DNA of 64,000 nucleotides from an uncultured delta proteobacterium. Lineage in GTDB: Bacteria; Myxococcota_A; Polyangia; Haliangiales; Haliangiaceae. Position numbers and translations under genes: made by a program. Within the stretch, counting starts at the first letter, position 1, and the number at the start of each line of letters is the position of its first letter. The notes under the pieces were generated by a model that was not told the origin of the DNA, did not search any database, and saw nothing but the letters and a program-made list of their open reading frames with translations. This document shows positions 45,041 to 55,118 of the stretch, one piece after another. Where the stretch lies: the NCBI GenBank assembly GCA_963743525.1, contig CAVUQH010000024.1, positions 65,763 to 129,762 of the forward strand. The letters are read 5' to 3'.

Positions 45041-46569
45041 CGCTTCGAAGGAGACCGTCTCACATAGTAATGGACGGCGCCCCCCTGGCGCACGATCTTC
45101 ACCGCGATGGCGCGGCGCCCGGCGGGCAGCGCGACCTGCGAGTGAAAGCGGTAATGCCCGTCCAGCGGCACGTCGACGCCATCGATGGACACCCGCGATC
45201 CAACTGTAGCCAAACCGCGCACCTCGACGCCCCCCGGACCAAAGGTCGCGGCGTCGAGCTGCGCCACCGGCGCGGCGTTGTCGAAATCGAGCACGACGCG
45301 GGTCTCCGGCGAGCGCGCGCCACCCGGGATCGCCATGCGCACGCGATAGCTGCCCTCGGCCAGCTTGCCCGAGCTCGAGACGTATCGCGGCTTGCTCGAG
45401 TCGTGGCGCTGCACGCGACCGTGCGCATCGGTGATGGTCAGCTCGTACTTCGGCGCCGATGGGGCGTCGGGCCAGACGAAGGTGATCGTCGGCTTGCGGT
45501 TCTGGTACAGCAGCCGGTACGTGCGCCCGTCGATGTCAACCGAGTTGGCCGGGGCGCGGGTCTTGACCCGCCGCTGGCCGGCGTCGCGCAGCACGCGAAT
45601 CGTCCCGCGCGACCGACTGTTGTCGGCAGCGGGCACCAGCGCGCCGTCGGTCTGACAGTAGACGCGGTAGCGATTGCGCCCGACCGGAAGCGTGACCGGC
45701 ACGTTCTCCTGACCGCGGTAGTAGTGCCGCCCGCGGCCGTGGGCGACCTGCACCACTGCCACGCCATCGCACAGGCCGGAGACCGGGATACGAACGTGCG
45801 CGGGCGGCCGGGCGACGTGCACGGTCGAGGTCTCCCCCGCGGGCAGCGCGATGTCGATCGCGGTCGGCGGCGCGCTGATGGGCACCTTCTTGCCGCGCAG
45901 CGTCGGCCCGCGTTCGTCGTCGGTCGTCGGATCAGTCGCCGGCTGGGACGCGGCGTCGATCGGCGCGACGGCCACCGCCTGGGCGGCGTCTTGCACGCCC
46001 GCATCCGCGGTGCTGCTCGGCGCTTGCACGCGCACGTCGCCACCGCTGTTGACGTCCACCTGATCGCCGGCGGCCAGCGCCACTGGCTCGGCGCCCTCGC
46101 GTTCGATACGGGCGGTGCCGACGACGACCTCGAGGTGGGTGTCGCGACCGCGGCGCTGCAAGCGGACCCGAGATCCGGCGCCCAGCCGGGCCGGGCCGCT
46201 GGCCGTGTCGACCACCAGGGCGGCATCGCCGGTCTCGATCTCGGCCTCGCCGGTGGCCAGGGTGATCGACTGCAGACCATCGGCCTGCCCGAAACGAACC
46301 AGCGAGGTCGCGCCCATCGCCAGCACACCGCCGCCGCGGATCATGCGCAGGCGCGCCGACGATGCCGCGCCGGTGCGCACGCCGTCCCCGCGGTGGTAGC
46401 GCGCGCCCGGTTGATTGGCCTGCCAGGCCTCGGGCTCGGCGCGAGGCGCGCCCTCGACCTGCCCGTTGGCGTCGGTCAGCTCGGCCAGGCTGGGCTCGGA
46501 CCGGCCGCCACAAGCGGCCGTCACCAGGGTCAGTGCGAAGCCCACTGCCAGCCGGCGCTGCGACCTCAA
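45037..46569 (-). CDS. FecR-domain lipoprotein
   Basis: TTG start with RBS AGGAACGG: (M)RSQRRLAVGFALTLVTAACGG; FecR-like ITLATGEAEIETGDAALVVDTASGPARLGAGSRVRLQRRGRDTHLEVVVGTARIEREGAEPVALAAGDQVDV. Confidence 0.65.
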   Translation of the reverse strand: MRSQRRLAVGFALTLVTAACGGRSEPSLAELTDANGQVEGAPRAEPEAWQANQPGARYHRGDGVRTGAASSARLRMIRGGGVLAMGATSLVRFGQADGLQSITLATGEAEIETGDAALVVDTASGPARLGAGSRVRLQRRGRDTHLEVVVGTARIEREGAEPVALAAGDQVDVNSGGDVRVQAPSSTADAGVQDAAQAVAVAPIDAASQPATDPTTDDERGPTLRGKKVPISAPPTAIDIALPAGETSTVHVARPPAHVRIPVSGLCDGVAVVQVAHGRGRHYYRGQENVPVTLPVGRNRYRVYCQTDGALVPAADNSRSRGTIRVLRDAGQRRVKTRAPANSVDIDGRTYRLLYQNRKPTITFVWPDAPSAPKYELTITDAHGRVQRHDSSKPRYVSSSGKLAEGSYRVRMAIPGGARSPETRVVLDFDNAAPVAQLDAATFGPGGVEVRGLATVGSRVSIDGVDVPLDGHYRFHSQVALPAGRRAIAVKIVRQGGAVHYYVRRSPSKR

Positions 46570-48020
46570 TGGGCGCCGTTCCTGCGCAGCTCGAGGTTGA
46601 TCACGGTGACGCCGTTTTGGTCGACCTTCAGCTCCCGCTTCTGCCGGGCGTAGCCGCGGGCGCGAACGACCACCGTGTAGTTGCCGGGCGCCACGTTGAC
46701 GCGGAAGCTGCCGTCGTCGCCGGTGCGAAGGGTGCGGCCGAGCGGGGCAATGGTGACTTGGGCGCGCGCGATCGGCTTGCCCGACAGACTGCGCACCAGT
46801 CCGCGAATCTGCCCTGGCGGCAGCGCCCGCTCGAGCCGCACGTCGACCGCGACCGGGTGGTCGGGGCCGACCTCCGCTGTGGTGGTCACCGTGCGGTGGC
46901 CGTCGGCGATGATCTCGAGCTCGACGGTTCCCACCGGCACGCCGGTCAGCTCGAAGCGGCCGTCCTGATCCGTGGTGGTCTCGCGCGCGCCCGCGCGCAC
47001 CGTCGCACCGGCGATCGGCACGCCCGCCGAATCGACGACGCGCCCGGCGACCGTGCCCAGAGCCGGCGGCGGCGGCGGTGGCACCACGATCTCCCCACCG
47101 ACAGAGCGTGCCGGGCGATCGAAACGATAGGTCGCGCCCAGCATGGCCAGCATGCGCGGCTCCACCGGGACCAGCGGCGCGCCCACCGCGATTTCGGGCG
47201 TCGCCGAGACGCCAACTTGCACCGTGCCGTGCAGCCACAGGTCGTGGGCGACACGCAACCGTGCCCCGGCCGACACCCGCATCGGCGACACCGCCACCCG
47301 CGGTGCGTCGGCGCCGACCAACAGATCCCAGCTCCAGTCACCGACCAGCGCCAGTGATCCGCGACGCCAGCCGACACCGGCGCCCAGGGTCACCGCGTTG
47401 GCGTCACTGGCACCCAGCGCCATCCGATCAGCGAGGCTCAGCCGATCCGGATCAGCGACGCTGTTGCTGCTGCGATCGAGACGCCCGCCGGCGTTGACCG
47501 CGACGGTGAGCTGGTCGGTGGCGCGATAGCTGGCGATGCCCCGGGCTTCGACTGACGTGCCGTCCAGCGACAGCGCCGTGCTGGCGGGGAACCACAGCCC
47601 GGCCTCGCCGCCGATCGCCAGACGTTCACCGAGCGGCCGCACCAGGCGCACCCGCAGCCGCGGATCACCGACCCAGCCGTCGTCGGTCCCCGACGGGGTC
47701 GCGATGTGCCGGTCGTAGCGACCGTCGAGCCGCACGCCGACCGCCAGCCACGATCGAATCCGATAGCTCGCCGCCAACCGACCGGCCAGCCGGTGGTGGC
47801 GATCGTTCGCCCCGAGCACCGCGCCGCGATAGCCGTAGCCGCTCCCCGCCGACAGCGTCAGCAGTCCGGTCATCGGCGCGCCGGTGGCCACGCGCACCAA
47901 TCCGGGCAGCCCGTCGAGGCTGTCGCTGCCGCCATCGTCGGCGCGCGCACGACCACCGCCGGCGGTCGCCAGCGCGATCGCGGCAACGACGGCGGTCTTG
48001 ACGACCGGTCCCGGGCCCAT
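46566..48020 (-). CDS. Secreted protein: N-terminal beta-barrel-like region plus two carboxypeptidase-regulatory-like (CarboxypepD_reg) domains
   Basis: Signal MGPGPVVKTAVVAAIALATAGG; GTVAGRVVDSAGVPIAGATVRAGARETTTDQDGRFEL and GQIRGLVRSLSGKPIARAQVTIAPLGRTLRTGDDGSFRVNVAPGNYTVVVRARGY. Confidence 0.7.
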   Translation of the reverse strand: MGPGPVVKTAVVAAIALATAGGGRARADDGGSDSLDGLPGLVRVATGAPMTGLLTLSAGSGYGYRGAVLGANDRHHRLAGRLAASYRIRSWLAVGVRLDGRYDRHIATPSGTDDGWVGDPRLRVRLVRPLGERLAIGGEAGLWFPASTALSLDGTSVEARGIASYRATDQLTVAVNAGGRLDRSSNSVADPDRLSLADRMALGASDANAVTLGAGVGWRRGSLALVGDWSWDLLVGADAPRVAVSPMRVSAGARLRVAHDLWLHGTVQVGVSATPEIAVGAPLVPVEPRMLAMLGATYRFDRPARSVGGEIVVPPPPPPALGTVAGRVVDSAGVPIAGATVRAGARETTTDQDGRFELTGVPVGTVELEIIADGHRTVTTTAEVGPDHPVAVDVRLERALPPGQIRGLVRSLSGKPIARAQVTIAPLGRTLRTGDDGSFRVNVAPGNYTVVVRARGYARQKRELKVDQNGVTVINLELRRNGAH

Positions 48021-48120
48021 CGGTCTGTGATCTTACCAGGTTGCGGGTCGATTCCGGGGACTTCCACACCATGCTAGTCTCGCGGCCGCCCGGACCCCCA
48101 ACCGGGCAAGGAGAAACGGA

Positions 48121-50220
48121 ATGGGACGTACTTTCACGCTTTGTTGTTCGCTGGCGATGTTCGCCTTCGCCTGCTCCTCGAATCCCACACCGACCCCGGT
48201 TCAGCCCACGCCCCCGGCCACGGCTCCGGACGCGGCGCCCAGCGGGCCCCCGGTGGTCGAGAAGTCGCTCGACCAGGTCGGGCTGTCGGAGGCCGCGCTG
48301 GATCGCAGTGCCGATCCCTGTGACGACTTCTACCAGTTCGCCTGTGGCGGCTGGCTGGCCAACACCGAGATCCCGGCGGACCGGACCAGCTGGAGCCGCG
48401 GCTTCAGCGAGATCCACGATCGCAACCAGGACACCCTGCACACGATCCTCGAGGCCGCCGCCGCCGGCGGCAAGGACCCGGATCCCGGCACCAAGAAGCT
48501 GGGCGACTTCTACGGCTCGTGCATGGACGAGGCCGCGATCGAAAAGGCCGGGCTGTCGGCGATCGAGCCGTGGCTGAAGCAGGCGCGCAAGGTGCGCAAC
48601 AAGAAGCAGATCGCGGCGCTGGTCACCGACCTCCAGGCCCACGGCGTCGGTGTCCTGTTCGGCTTCTTCGTCAACCAGGACATGAAGGACCCGACCAAGA
48701 TGGTCGCCCAGGTGTGGCAGGGCGGCCTGGGCCTTCCCGATCGCGACTACTACCTGAAGGACGACGACAAGACCAAGGCGATCCGCACCGCCTACACCGA
48801 GCACGTGGCCAAGATGCTGCAGCTCGCCGGCGCCAAGCCGGCCGCCGCCAAGCGCGGCGCTGCCAACGTGCTGGCGTTCGAGACCGAGCTGGCCAAAGCG
48901 TCCAAGCCCCGGGTCGAGATGCGCGATCCCAAGGGCCTCGACAACCGCCTCGACCTGGCCGGCGTCGAGAAGGCGGCGCCAAACTTCGACTGGAAGTCGT
49001 TCTTCGAGGGCATGGGCAAGCCCGGCTGGACCGCGATCAACGTGTTGACCCCCAAGTTCCTCGACCAGATCAACACGATGTTGACCAAGACCAAGCCGGC
49101 GGAGTGGCGCAGCTACCTCGAGTGGCACATTCTCGACAGCGAGGCGGGCCGCCTGCCCAAGGCGTTCGTCAACGAGAACTTCGCCATGACCAAGCAGCTC
49201 ACCGGTCAGGAGAAGCTGCGCGACCGGTGGAAGCGCTGCGTCGCCGCCACCGACAACGCCCTGCCCGACCTGCTGGGACCGGCCTTCGTCAAGGCCAAGT
49301 TCAGCGGCGACGCCAAGGCTGCGGCCCTGAACATGGTCCACGCGATCAGCGGCGCCTTCGGTCAGTCGCTGCTCAGCGAGGCGTGGATGGACGCCGCCAC
49401 GCGCAAGCTGGCCGAGCAGAAGCTGAGCATGATGGCCTACCTGATCGGCTATCCCGACAAGTGGAAGACCTACGACTTCACCGTCAGCCGCGACAACTAC
49501 GCCGCCAACGCCATCGCCGCCGACCACTTCCAGGTGGCCTACGACATGAGCAAGCTGGGCAAGCCGGTCGACCGCACCGAGTGGAGCATGAGCGCGCCCA
49601 CGGTCAACGCCTACTACAACCCCAGCATGAACCACATGGTCTTCCCGGCCGGCATCCTGCAGCCGCCGTTCTACGATCCCAAGGCGTCGGCCGCGGTCAA
49701 CCTGGGCGGCATGGGCATGATCGTCGGCCACGAGCTGACCCACGGCTTCGACGACCAGGGCTCGCAGTTCGACGGCAACGGCGCGCTGAAGAACTGGTGG
49801 ACGCCGGCGGTGGCCAAGAGCTTCGACAGCAAGAAGCAGTGCGTGATCGATCAGTACGACGCCTACGAGCCGCTGCCGGACGTGCACCTCAACGGCAAGC
49901 TGACCCTGGGCGAGAACATCGCCGACATGGGCGGCGTCAAGATGGCGTTCGAGGCCTACCGGGCCATGCGCAAGGACGCCAAGGAGAAGGTGCTGGCCGG
50001 CGGCTTCACCGAGGACCAGCAGTACTTCCTGGCGGTGGGCCAGGCCTGGTGCACCAAGATCCGCCCGCAGATGCAGCGCATGTACATCAACGTCAACCCG
50101 CACTCGCCGGCGCGGTTCCGCGTCGACGGCTCGCTGTCCAACCTGCCCGCCTTCAGCGAGGCGTTCCAGTGCAAGAAGGGCACGAAGATGAACCGCGAGA
50201 ACATGTGCACGGTCTGGTAG
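48121..50220 (+). CDS. M13-family zinc metallopeptidase (neprilysin/PepO-like), lipoprotein
   Basis: MGRTFTLCCSLAMFAFACSS; NAYYNP; VGHELTHGFD (HExxH); GENIADMGG. 699 aa. Confidence 0.93.
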   Translation: MGRTFTLCCSLAMFAFACSSNPTPTPVQPTPPATAPDAAPSGPPVVEKSLDQVGLSEAALDRSADPCDDFYQFACGGWLANTEIPADRTSWSRGFSEIHDRNQDTLHTILEAAAAGGKDPDPGTKKLGDFYGSCMDEAAIEKAGLSAIEPWLKQARKVRNKKQIAALVTDLQAHGVGVLFGFFVNQDMKDPTKMVAQVWQGGLGLPDRDYYLKDDDKTKAIRTAYTEHVAKMLQLAGAKPAAAKRGAANVLAFETELAKASKPRVEMRDPKGLDNRLDLAGVEKAAPNFDWKSFFEGMGKPGWTAINVLTPKFLDQINTMLTKTKPAEWRSYLEWHILDSEAGRLPKAFVNENFAMTKQLTGQEKLRDRWKRCVAATDNALPDLLGPAFVKAKFSGDAKAAALNMVHAISGAFGQSLLSEAWMDAATRKLAEQKLSMMAYLIGYPDKWKTYDFTVSRDNYAANAIAADHFQVAYDMSKLGKPVDRTEWSMSAPTVNAYYNPSMNHMVFPAGILQPPFYDPKASAAVNLGGMGMIVGHELTHGFDDQGSQFDGNGALKNWWTPAVAKSFDSKKQCVIDQYDAYEPLPDVHLNGKLTLGENIADMGGVKMAFEAYRAMRKDAKEKVLAGGFTEDQQYFLAVGQAWCTKIRPQMQRMYINVNPHSPARFRVDGSLSNLPAFSEAFQCKKGTKMNRENMCTVW

Positions 50221-50289
50221 ACCAGACCTCCGACTGATCCCGACATCACCGGGGCCGCAGCCGAGAGGCGCGGCCCCGTTTCTTTCGGC

Positions 50290-52602
50290 TCAGCGAATGC
50301 CCGCCTTCTTCTTGGCGTAGCGCACGGCCGCGTCGAGCACCTCGTCCTTGCCCGCACGGATGCCAGCAATCGTCGGCGCCACCCGCAGGTCCGGCTGCAA
50401 ACCGACCCGCTGCAGCTGCCGACCGTCGGCATGGCGGACATCGTGCCCGGTGAAGAAGATGTAGATTCCCCCGGGCAGACAGGTGTTGGTCACGTCGCCG
50501 TTGGCTCCCGAGCTGGGTGTACCGATGAACTCGGTACCGTTGGCTGCCTCGAAGAAGAGCCCGGTGTGCTCGGCCTGGCTGATCGTCGATTGATTGATCA
50601 GCATGAACGTCTTGCCCGTGTACTTCCACTCGTTGCTCTTCGGCAGCGGCTGGGTGAACAGGTAGCGGCTGGTCCGGTCGTCGGGCTCCAGCCCGGACAA
50701 CAGACGTCTCTGAAAGGTCGCCGCTACCGTGGGAAACGGATGGCGATTCAACCGTGGCGCGATCGACCAGGCGGTTCCTTTCGGATAGCCGCGCATATCG
50801 AAGATGATCGCCCTGGTCCGCTTGAGCGCCTCGAACATGGCGTCGACCTGAGCTACCTGCAGAGCTCGAAGATCGACGTATCCGAGCTCGGGCTCGAGCA
50901 GTCGGTACGGCGGCTTCCCGTCTGCATCGGCGTCGCTGGACTTCCTGCGGACGATCGACACCTCCCTGCTGGAGCCATCGGCACCGCGCAGACGCAGACG
51001 GACACTCGAGCCCTCGGGCGCCTCCAACGTCGCGGACAACAAGCGCGCGGCCAGCGCATCTGGCGTCAACGCCGTGACCCGCGGGCGGACGTGCGCGACC
51101 GCGTCCGCGAAGGAAACCCCGTCGATCGCCTCGATGATGTCGCCGGCGACGGCACCGGCCTTCTTGCCCTCGACCCCCGGGTCGGTAACCACGGGCTGGC
51201 CCTCCACTATCTCGGCCTCGAGTGGCGGAACACCTCGCAAGAACACGTCGTGGTCGGCGATCACCGTGGTATGCGAGTCGGAGATCCGCGCGGCGACGCG
51301 CGCCACGGCCATCTGATACTCCTCCTTGCTGCCGGCGCCAGATAGCTCGGTGATGGCCCGCGGCAACACCGCGTCCCAGTCGCCGATCAAGTGGAGATAC
51401 GGGTAGAACAGGTCGATTACGTTCCACAGCCGGTAGGCGGCGAGCACACGCAACGAACGATCGGGAAATGCAGCGTCCGCATAGGTCTCGTCGGGCCGCC
51501 AGTGAGCCACCGGCGTGGCACCCGGCTTCGAATCCTTGCGCGGGCGTGACTTGCCGCTGGCAGCACGCATGGCCGCCCGCATCGCTGCGTCCTCCTTGCC
51601 GCTCTTCCCCTCGGCCACCACGATGTCGGGGCGCAGCGACAGCGGCGCGCCATGCCATATGGCTTGCGACGTACGCACCGTAGCGCGCCAGCCCTCGCCG
51701 AGATCCACGGAGGTGGTTGCGACGAGGCCGCTGTCGTCGACCTGCATCCCAGGCGCGACGATGACGCCGCGTCCTTGCGCCTGGAGCGCCACGGCGATCG
51801 CTGGAAGAGGTGAATGTTCGCCCAGCACGAACACGGCCCTTTTCGGGGCCGTCTTCGCGGCCGGCTGCACGAGCTCCGCGTCCCTCGTCACGAAGGCCGA
51901 GAAGTAACCGCCCGATGTGCTTCCGTGTTGAGGTTGATACCCGGAGTGGAAGGGAGCGGTCGCGGCTGGCAACTCGGTAGGCTGGTTGACCAGAGCACCG
52001 CGCACGTAGGGAAAGCCGTAGGGGACCCAGTTGTCCTCCGCGACGTGTCGCATGTCGAAGATGACCGCTGGCGCGGCGGCGATCTTTGGCGCCAAGATGC
52101 GAAAGGCACGGAACGAGTCCATGTCACTGGCCGCTCCGAGGTCGACCACGAGGATGCCGTCGTTCACCTCGTGCGTAGTCACTGGCGCTGGCGCCGACAC
52201 CGCAGGAGGATGGTCTTCCTCCACCCGTGTCTGTGGATCACCCAGCACGGCAAGCATCTCCTTCACCGCGTTGACGTAGGCCTTGGTGCTGTCAGCTTTG
52301 TTGACCGCATCGATGGCCTTCCGCACCGCCCCATCCCAGTCGATGTTTCGATACGCGAGGTAAGGATGGAGATAGCGAACCACGCCGAAGAGCCGGCCCA
52401 GATGCGTCAGCCGCTGCACCGACTGCGGATAGGTTGACAGCGCGGGCAGCGGTGGCAGCTCGGGCGGAGACCAACGCGACGCCGCGGGCGCCGGCGCGGG
52501 CGCAGGTGGCGACGGTGCGGCGACCGGTGGTGGAGTGGGCCTCGGCCTCGGCGCGCCACACGACATGAGCAGAGATACAGCGACGAGAGAGATACTGCGC
52601 AT
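50290..52602 (-). CDS. S41-family (tail-specific/tricorn-like) peptidase lipoprotein, duplicated domain architecture
   Basis: MRSISLVAVSLLMSCGAP (lipobox LMSC; RBS AGGA); two segments with S41-like motifs (...AIIFDMRGYPKGTAWS..., ...VIFDMRHVAEDNW...). Confidence 0.8.
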   Translation of the reverse strand: MRSISLVAVSLLMSCGAPRPRPTPPPVAAPSPPAPAPAPAASRWSPPELPPLPALSTYPQSVQRLTHLGRLFGVVRYLHPYLAYRNIDWDGAVRKAIDAVNKADSTKAYVNAVKEMLAVLGDPQTRVEEDHPPAVSAPAPVTTHEVNDGILVVDLGAASDMDSFRAFRILAPKIAAAPAVIFDMRHVAEDNWVPYGFPYVRGALVNQPTELPAATAPFHSGYQPQHGSTSGGYFSAFVTRDAELVQPAAKTAPKRAVFVLGEHSPLPAIAVALQAQGRGVIVAPGMQVDDSGLVATTSVDLGEGWRATVRTSQAIWHGAPLSLRPDIVVAEGKSGKEDAAMRAAMRAASGKSRPRKDSKPGATPVAHWRPDETYADAAFPDRSLRVLAAYRLWNVIDLFYPYLHLIGDWDAVLPRAITELSGAGSKEEYQMAVARVAARISDSHTTVIADHDVFLRGVPPLEAEIVEGQPVVTDPGVEGKKAGAVAGDIIEAIDGVSFADAVAHVRPRVTALTPDALAARLLSATLEAPEGSSVRLRLRGADGSSREVSIVRRKSSDADADGKPPYRLLEPELGYVDLRALQVAQVDAMFEALKRTRAIIFDMRGYPKGTAWSIAPRLNRHPFPTVAATFQRRLLSGLEPDDRTSRYLFTQPLPKSNEWKYTGKTFMLINQSTISQAEHTGLFFEAANGTEFIGTPSSGANGDVTNTCLPGGIYIFFTGHDVRHADGRQLQRVGLQPDLRVAPTIAGIRAGKDEVLDAAVRYAKKKAGIR

Positions 52603-52670
52603 CGCCGGCATCCTACACCCGCACGACCGTGCACGAGATGCGACGCATTCTCGCGGGTCGCGTCTGTCGC

Positions 52671-53123
52671 TCAGCCCATGCCGTGAATCGTCAGTACGTC
52701 GCCGCTCAGCGTCCAGTCGTACTGGGTCAGCGGCAGGCGAGCCGGGCCGCGCTCGACCGTGCCGTCGAGCGCAAACATCGAGCCGTGACACGGGCAGGTG
52801 AAGCCTTGCCCATCCGGCTTCACCTCACAGCCCTGGTGGGTGCACTTGGTGGTGGTGATCATGAACTGCATCGACGAGGTCTGCGTGACCGCCAGCGGAT
52901 CGGCGAGGCCGACGTTGACCAACACCGTCTTGCCGAGGGTCGCGAGGCCCGGGTAGTCGGACAGGTTGATGTCGTAGTCGCCGCTGAGCGTGTCGCCGCC
53001 GCCGGTGCCGAGACAGCCGGCCAGGGTCGGCAGCACTGCCAGCGCGCCGGAGGTGGCCAGGAACCGGCGCCGGTTCATGCACCATCGATCGTTCCCTCGA
53101 TCATTCTTGGGGTCGTCGCTCAT
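52671..53123 (-). CDS. Rieske [2Fe-2S] domain protein, Tat-signal lipoprotein
   Basis: MNRRRFLATSGALAVLPTLAGC (twin-arginine motif plus lipobox); CTHQGC ... CPCHGS Rieske cluster ligands. Confidence 0.85.
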   Translation of the reverse strand: MSDDPKNDRGNDRWCMNRRRFLATSGALAVLPTLAGCLGTGGGDTLSGDYDINLSDYPGLATLGKTVLVNVGLADPLAVTQTSSMQFMITTTKCTHQGCEVKPDGQGFTCPCHGSMFALDGTVERGPARLPLTQYDWTLSGDVLTIHGMG

Positions 53124-53255
53124 GTAGGACTCCTGGCTACGGGTTCGCGCTCACGCCTCCCAACCCAGGACCACTGTCCAACCCGCGCGCATTCCCCCGA
53201 CTGGTGCAACCCGAGCGCTCTGCTGCTGTCAATCGGGGGGATAGTGGCGTCGCGT

Positions 53256-54308
53256 GTGACATGGATTGCAGTGGCTCTGGCCCTGTCGACTGGCTGCCGT
53301 CGTGAGGACGCACCGCGCAAGGCTCCTGTCGATCCGACTCCCGGACCCGAGCCGGTGTTACGCGAAATCGCCCGCGCGCCGGCCGACGCGGCGCCCGAGC
53401 CGGAGCCGGAGGTGCCGCTCGGCCCTTGTCTCGAGCTGTTCCCGCCGATGAACCGGCTGGCGGTTGCCGGTGGCGTGAAGCCGCTGAAGCACCACCCGGC
53501 GCACGCCAAGGGCAGCCCATTCGTGCGCTTGCCGCCGAACAGCATCTACCTCGAGGTCGGCAAGAGCACGCCGCTGCCCGGCTACGATTACGGCTCGTTC
53601 ATCGGTGGCGAAGTCGACGTCGACCTACCCGCGAGCAGCTCTTGGATGGTGAGACGCGCCGACGGAACCCTCGTAGCTACACCACCGCCGACCCTCGACG
53701 GCGCCGCGTTCACGCTCCGTGAGTACGACGAGAACGACGACGCCCTAGGCAAGCATCTGTTCGTCATCGGACCGGCGGCCGCGGCAGCTGTAGCGCGCAT
53801 CGATCGGTTTCGGCCACCACGAGAGGCCGCCGGCGACAACCTCCAGCCGGGAAAGCAGCTCGCGCCACCTTCGATCGTGGCATTGATTCAGAGCGACATC
53901 GACGGCGACGGCCGCTTGGACGCCATCGCCTTCGTCACGTACGACTTCGAGGTACTCGCCACCGTCATGGTCATGACCGCTGACGAGGCGCCGTTGCGCT
54001 GGGCTCCCGCCAGGAGCCTCACCTGCGATCTCGACTTCCCGTCGTTCTACACCGTCCCCAGCGCCTCTGGACGTGGCGTGCTGCTGTTCAGTCAAACGCT
54101 CGATTGCATGGCCAGCCGCGTCAACCTGTTCGTCCTCGAGCCCGACCGACTCCGCCTCGTCCGCTCCAAGATGGATGCGGTCATCGAAGAACCGAATGCA
54201 CAACCAGATCCGCCCGCGTACAACAGTCTGTGTCTGCATCGCCCAGGCGGGGGCGTTCCCGTGCTCCGCGTCGGTCGTCGGCACGAAAATCTCTGGGACG
54301 ACCCCTAG
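53256..54308 (+). CDS. Lipoprotein, unknown function
   Basis: GTG start (M)TWIAVALALSTGCRRE; 350 aa C-terminal portion of ORF 52629..54308 (its upstream part is antisense to the Rieske gene). Confidence 0.55.
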   Translation: MTWIAVALALSTGCRREDAPRKAPVDPTPGPEPVLREIARAPADAAPEPEPEVPLGPCLELFPPMNRLAVAGGVKPLKHHPAHAKGSPFVRLPPNSIYLEVGKSTPLPGYDYGSFIGGEVDVDLPASSSWMVRRADGTLVATPPPTLDGAAFTLREYDENDDALGKHLFVIGPAAAAAVARIDRFRPPREAAGDNLQPGKQLAPPSIVALIQSDIDGDGRLDAIAFVTYDFEVLATVMVMTADEAPLRWAPARSLTCDLDFPSFYTVPSASGRGVLLFSQTLDCMASRVNLFVLEPDRLRLVRSKMDAVIEEPNAQPDPPAYNSLCLHRPGGGVPVLRVGRRHENLWDDP

Positions 54309-54350
54309 TCGGTCAGAACGAACGCCGCCGGACGAGGCTATGATGCGCCG

Positions 54351-55110
<760 letters not shown>

Positions 55111-55118
<8 letters not shown>

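Noticed and set aside
47665-50103. 812-aa minus-strand ORF
   Set aside because: Antisense to the well-supported M13 peptidase gene and to part of the OMP gene; low-complexity Arg/Gly/Leu translation.
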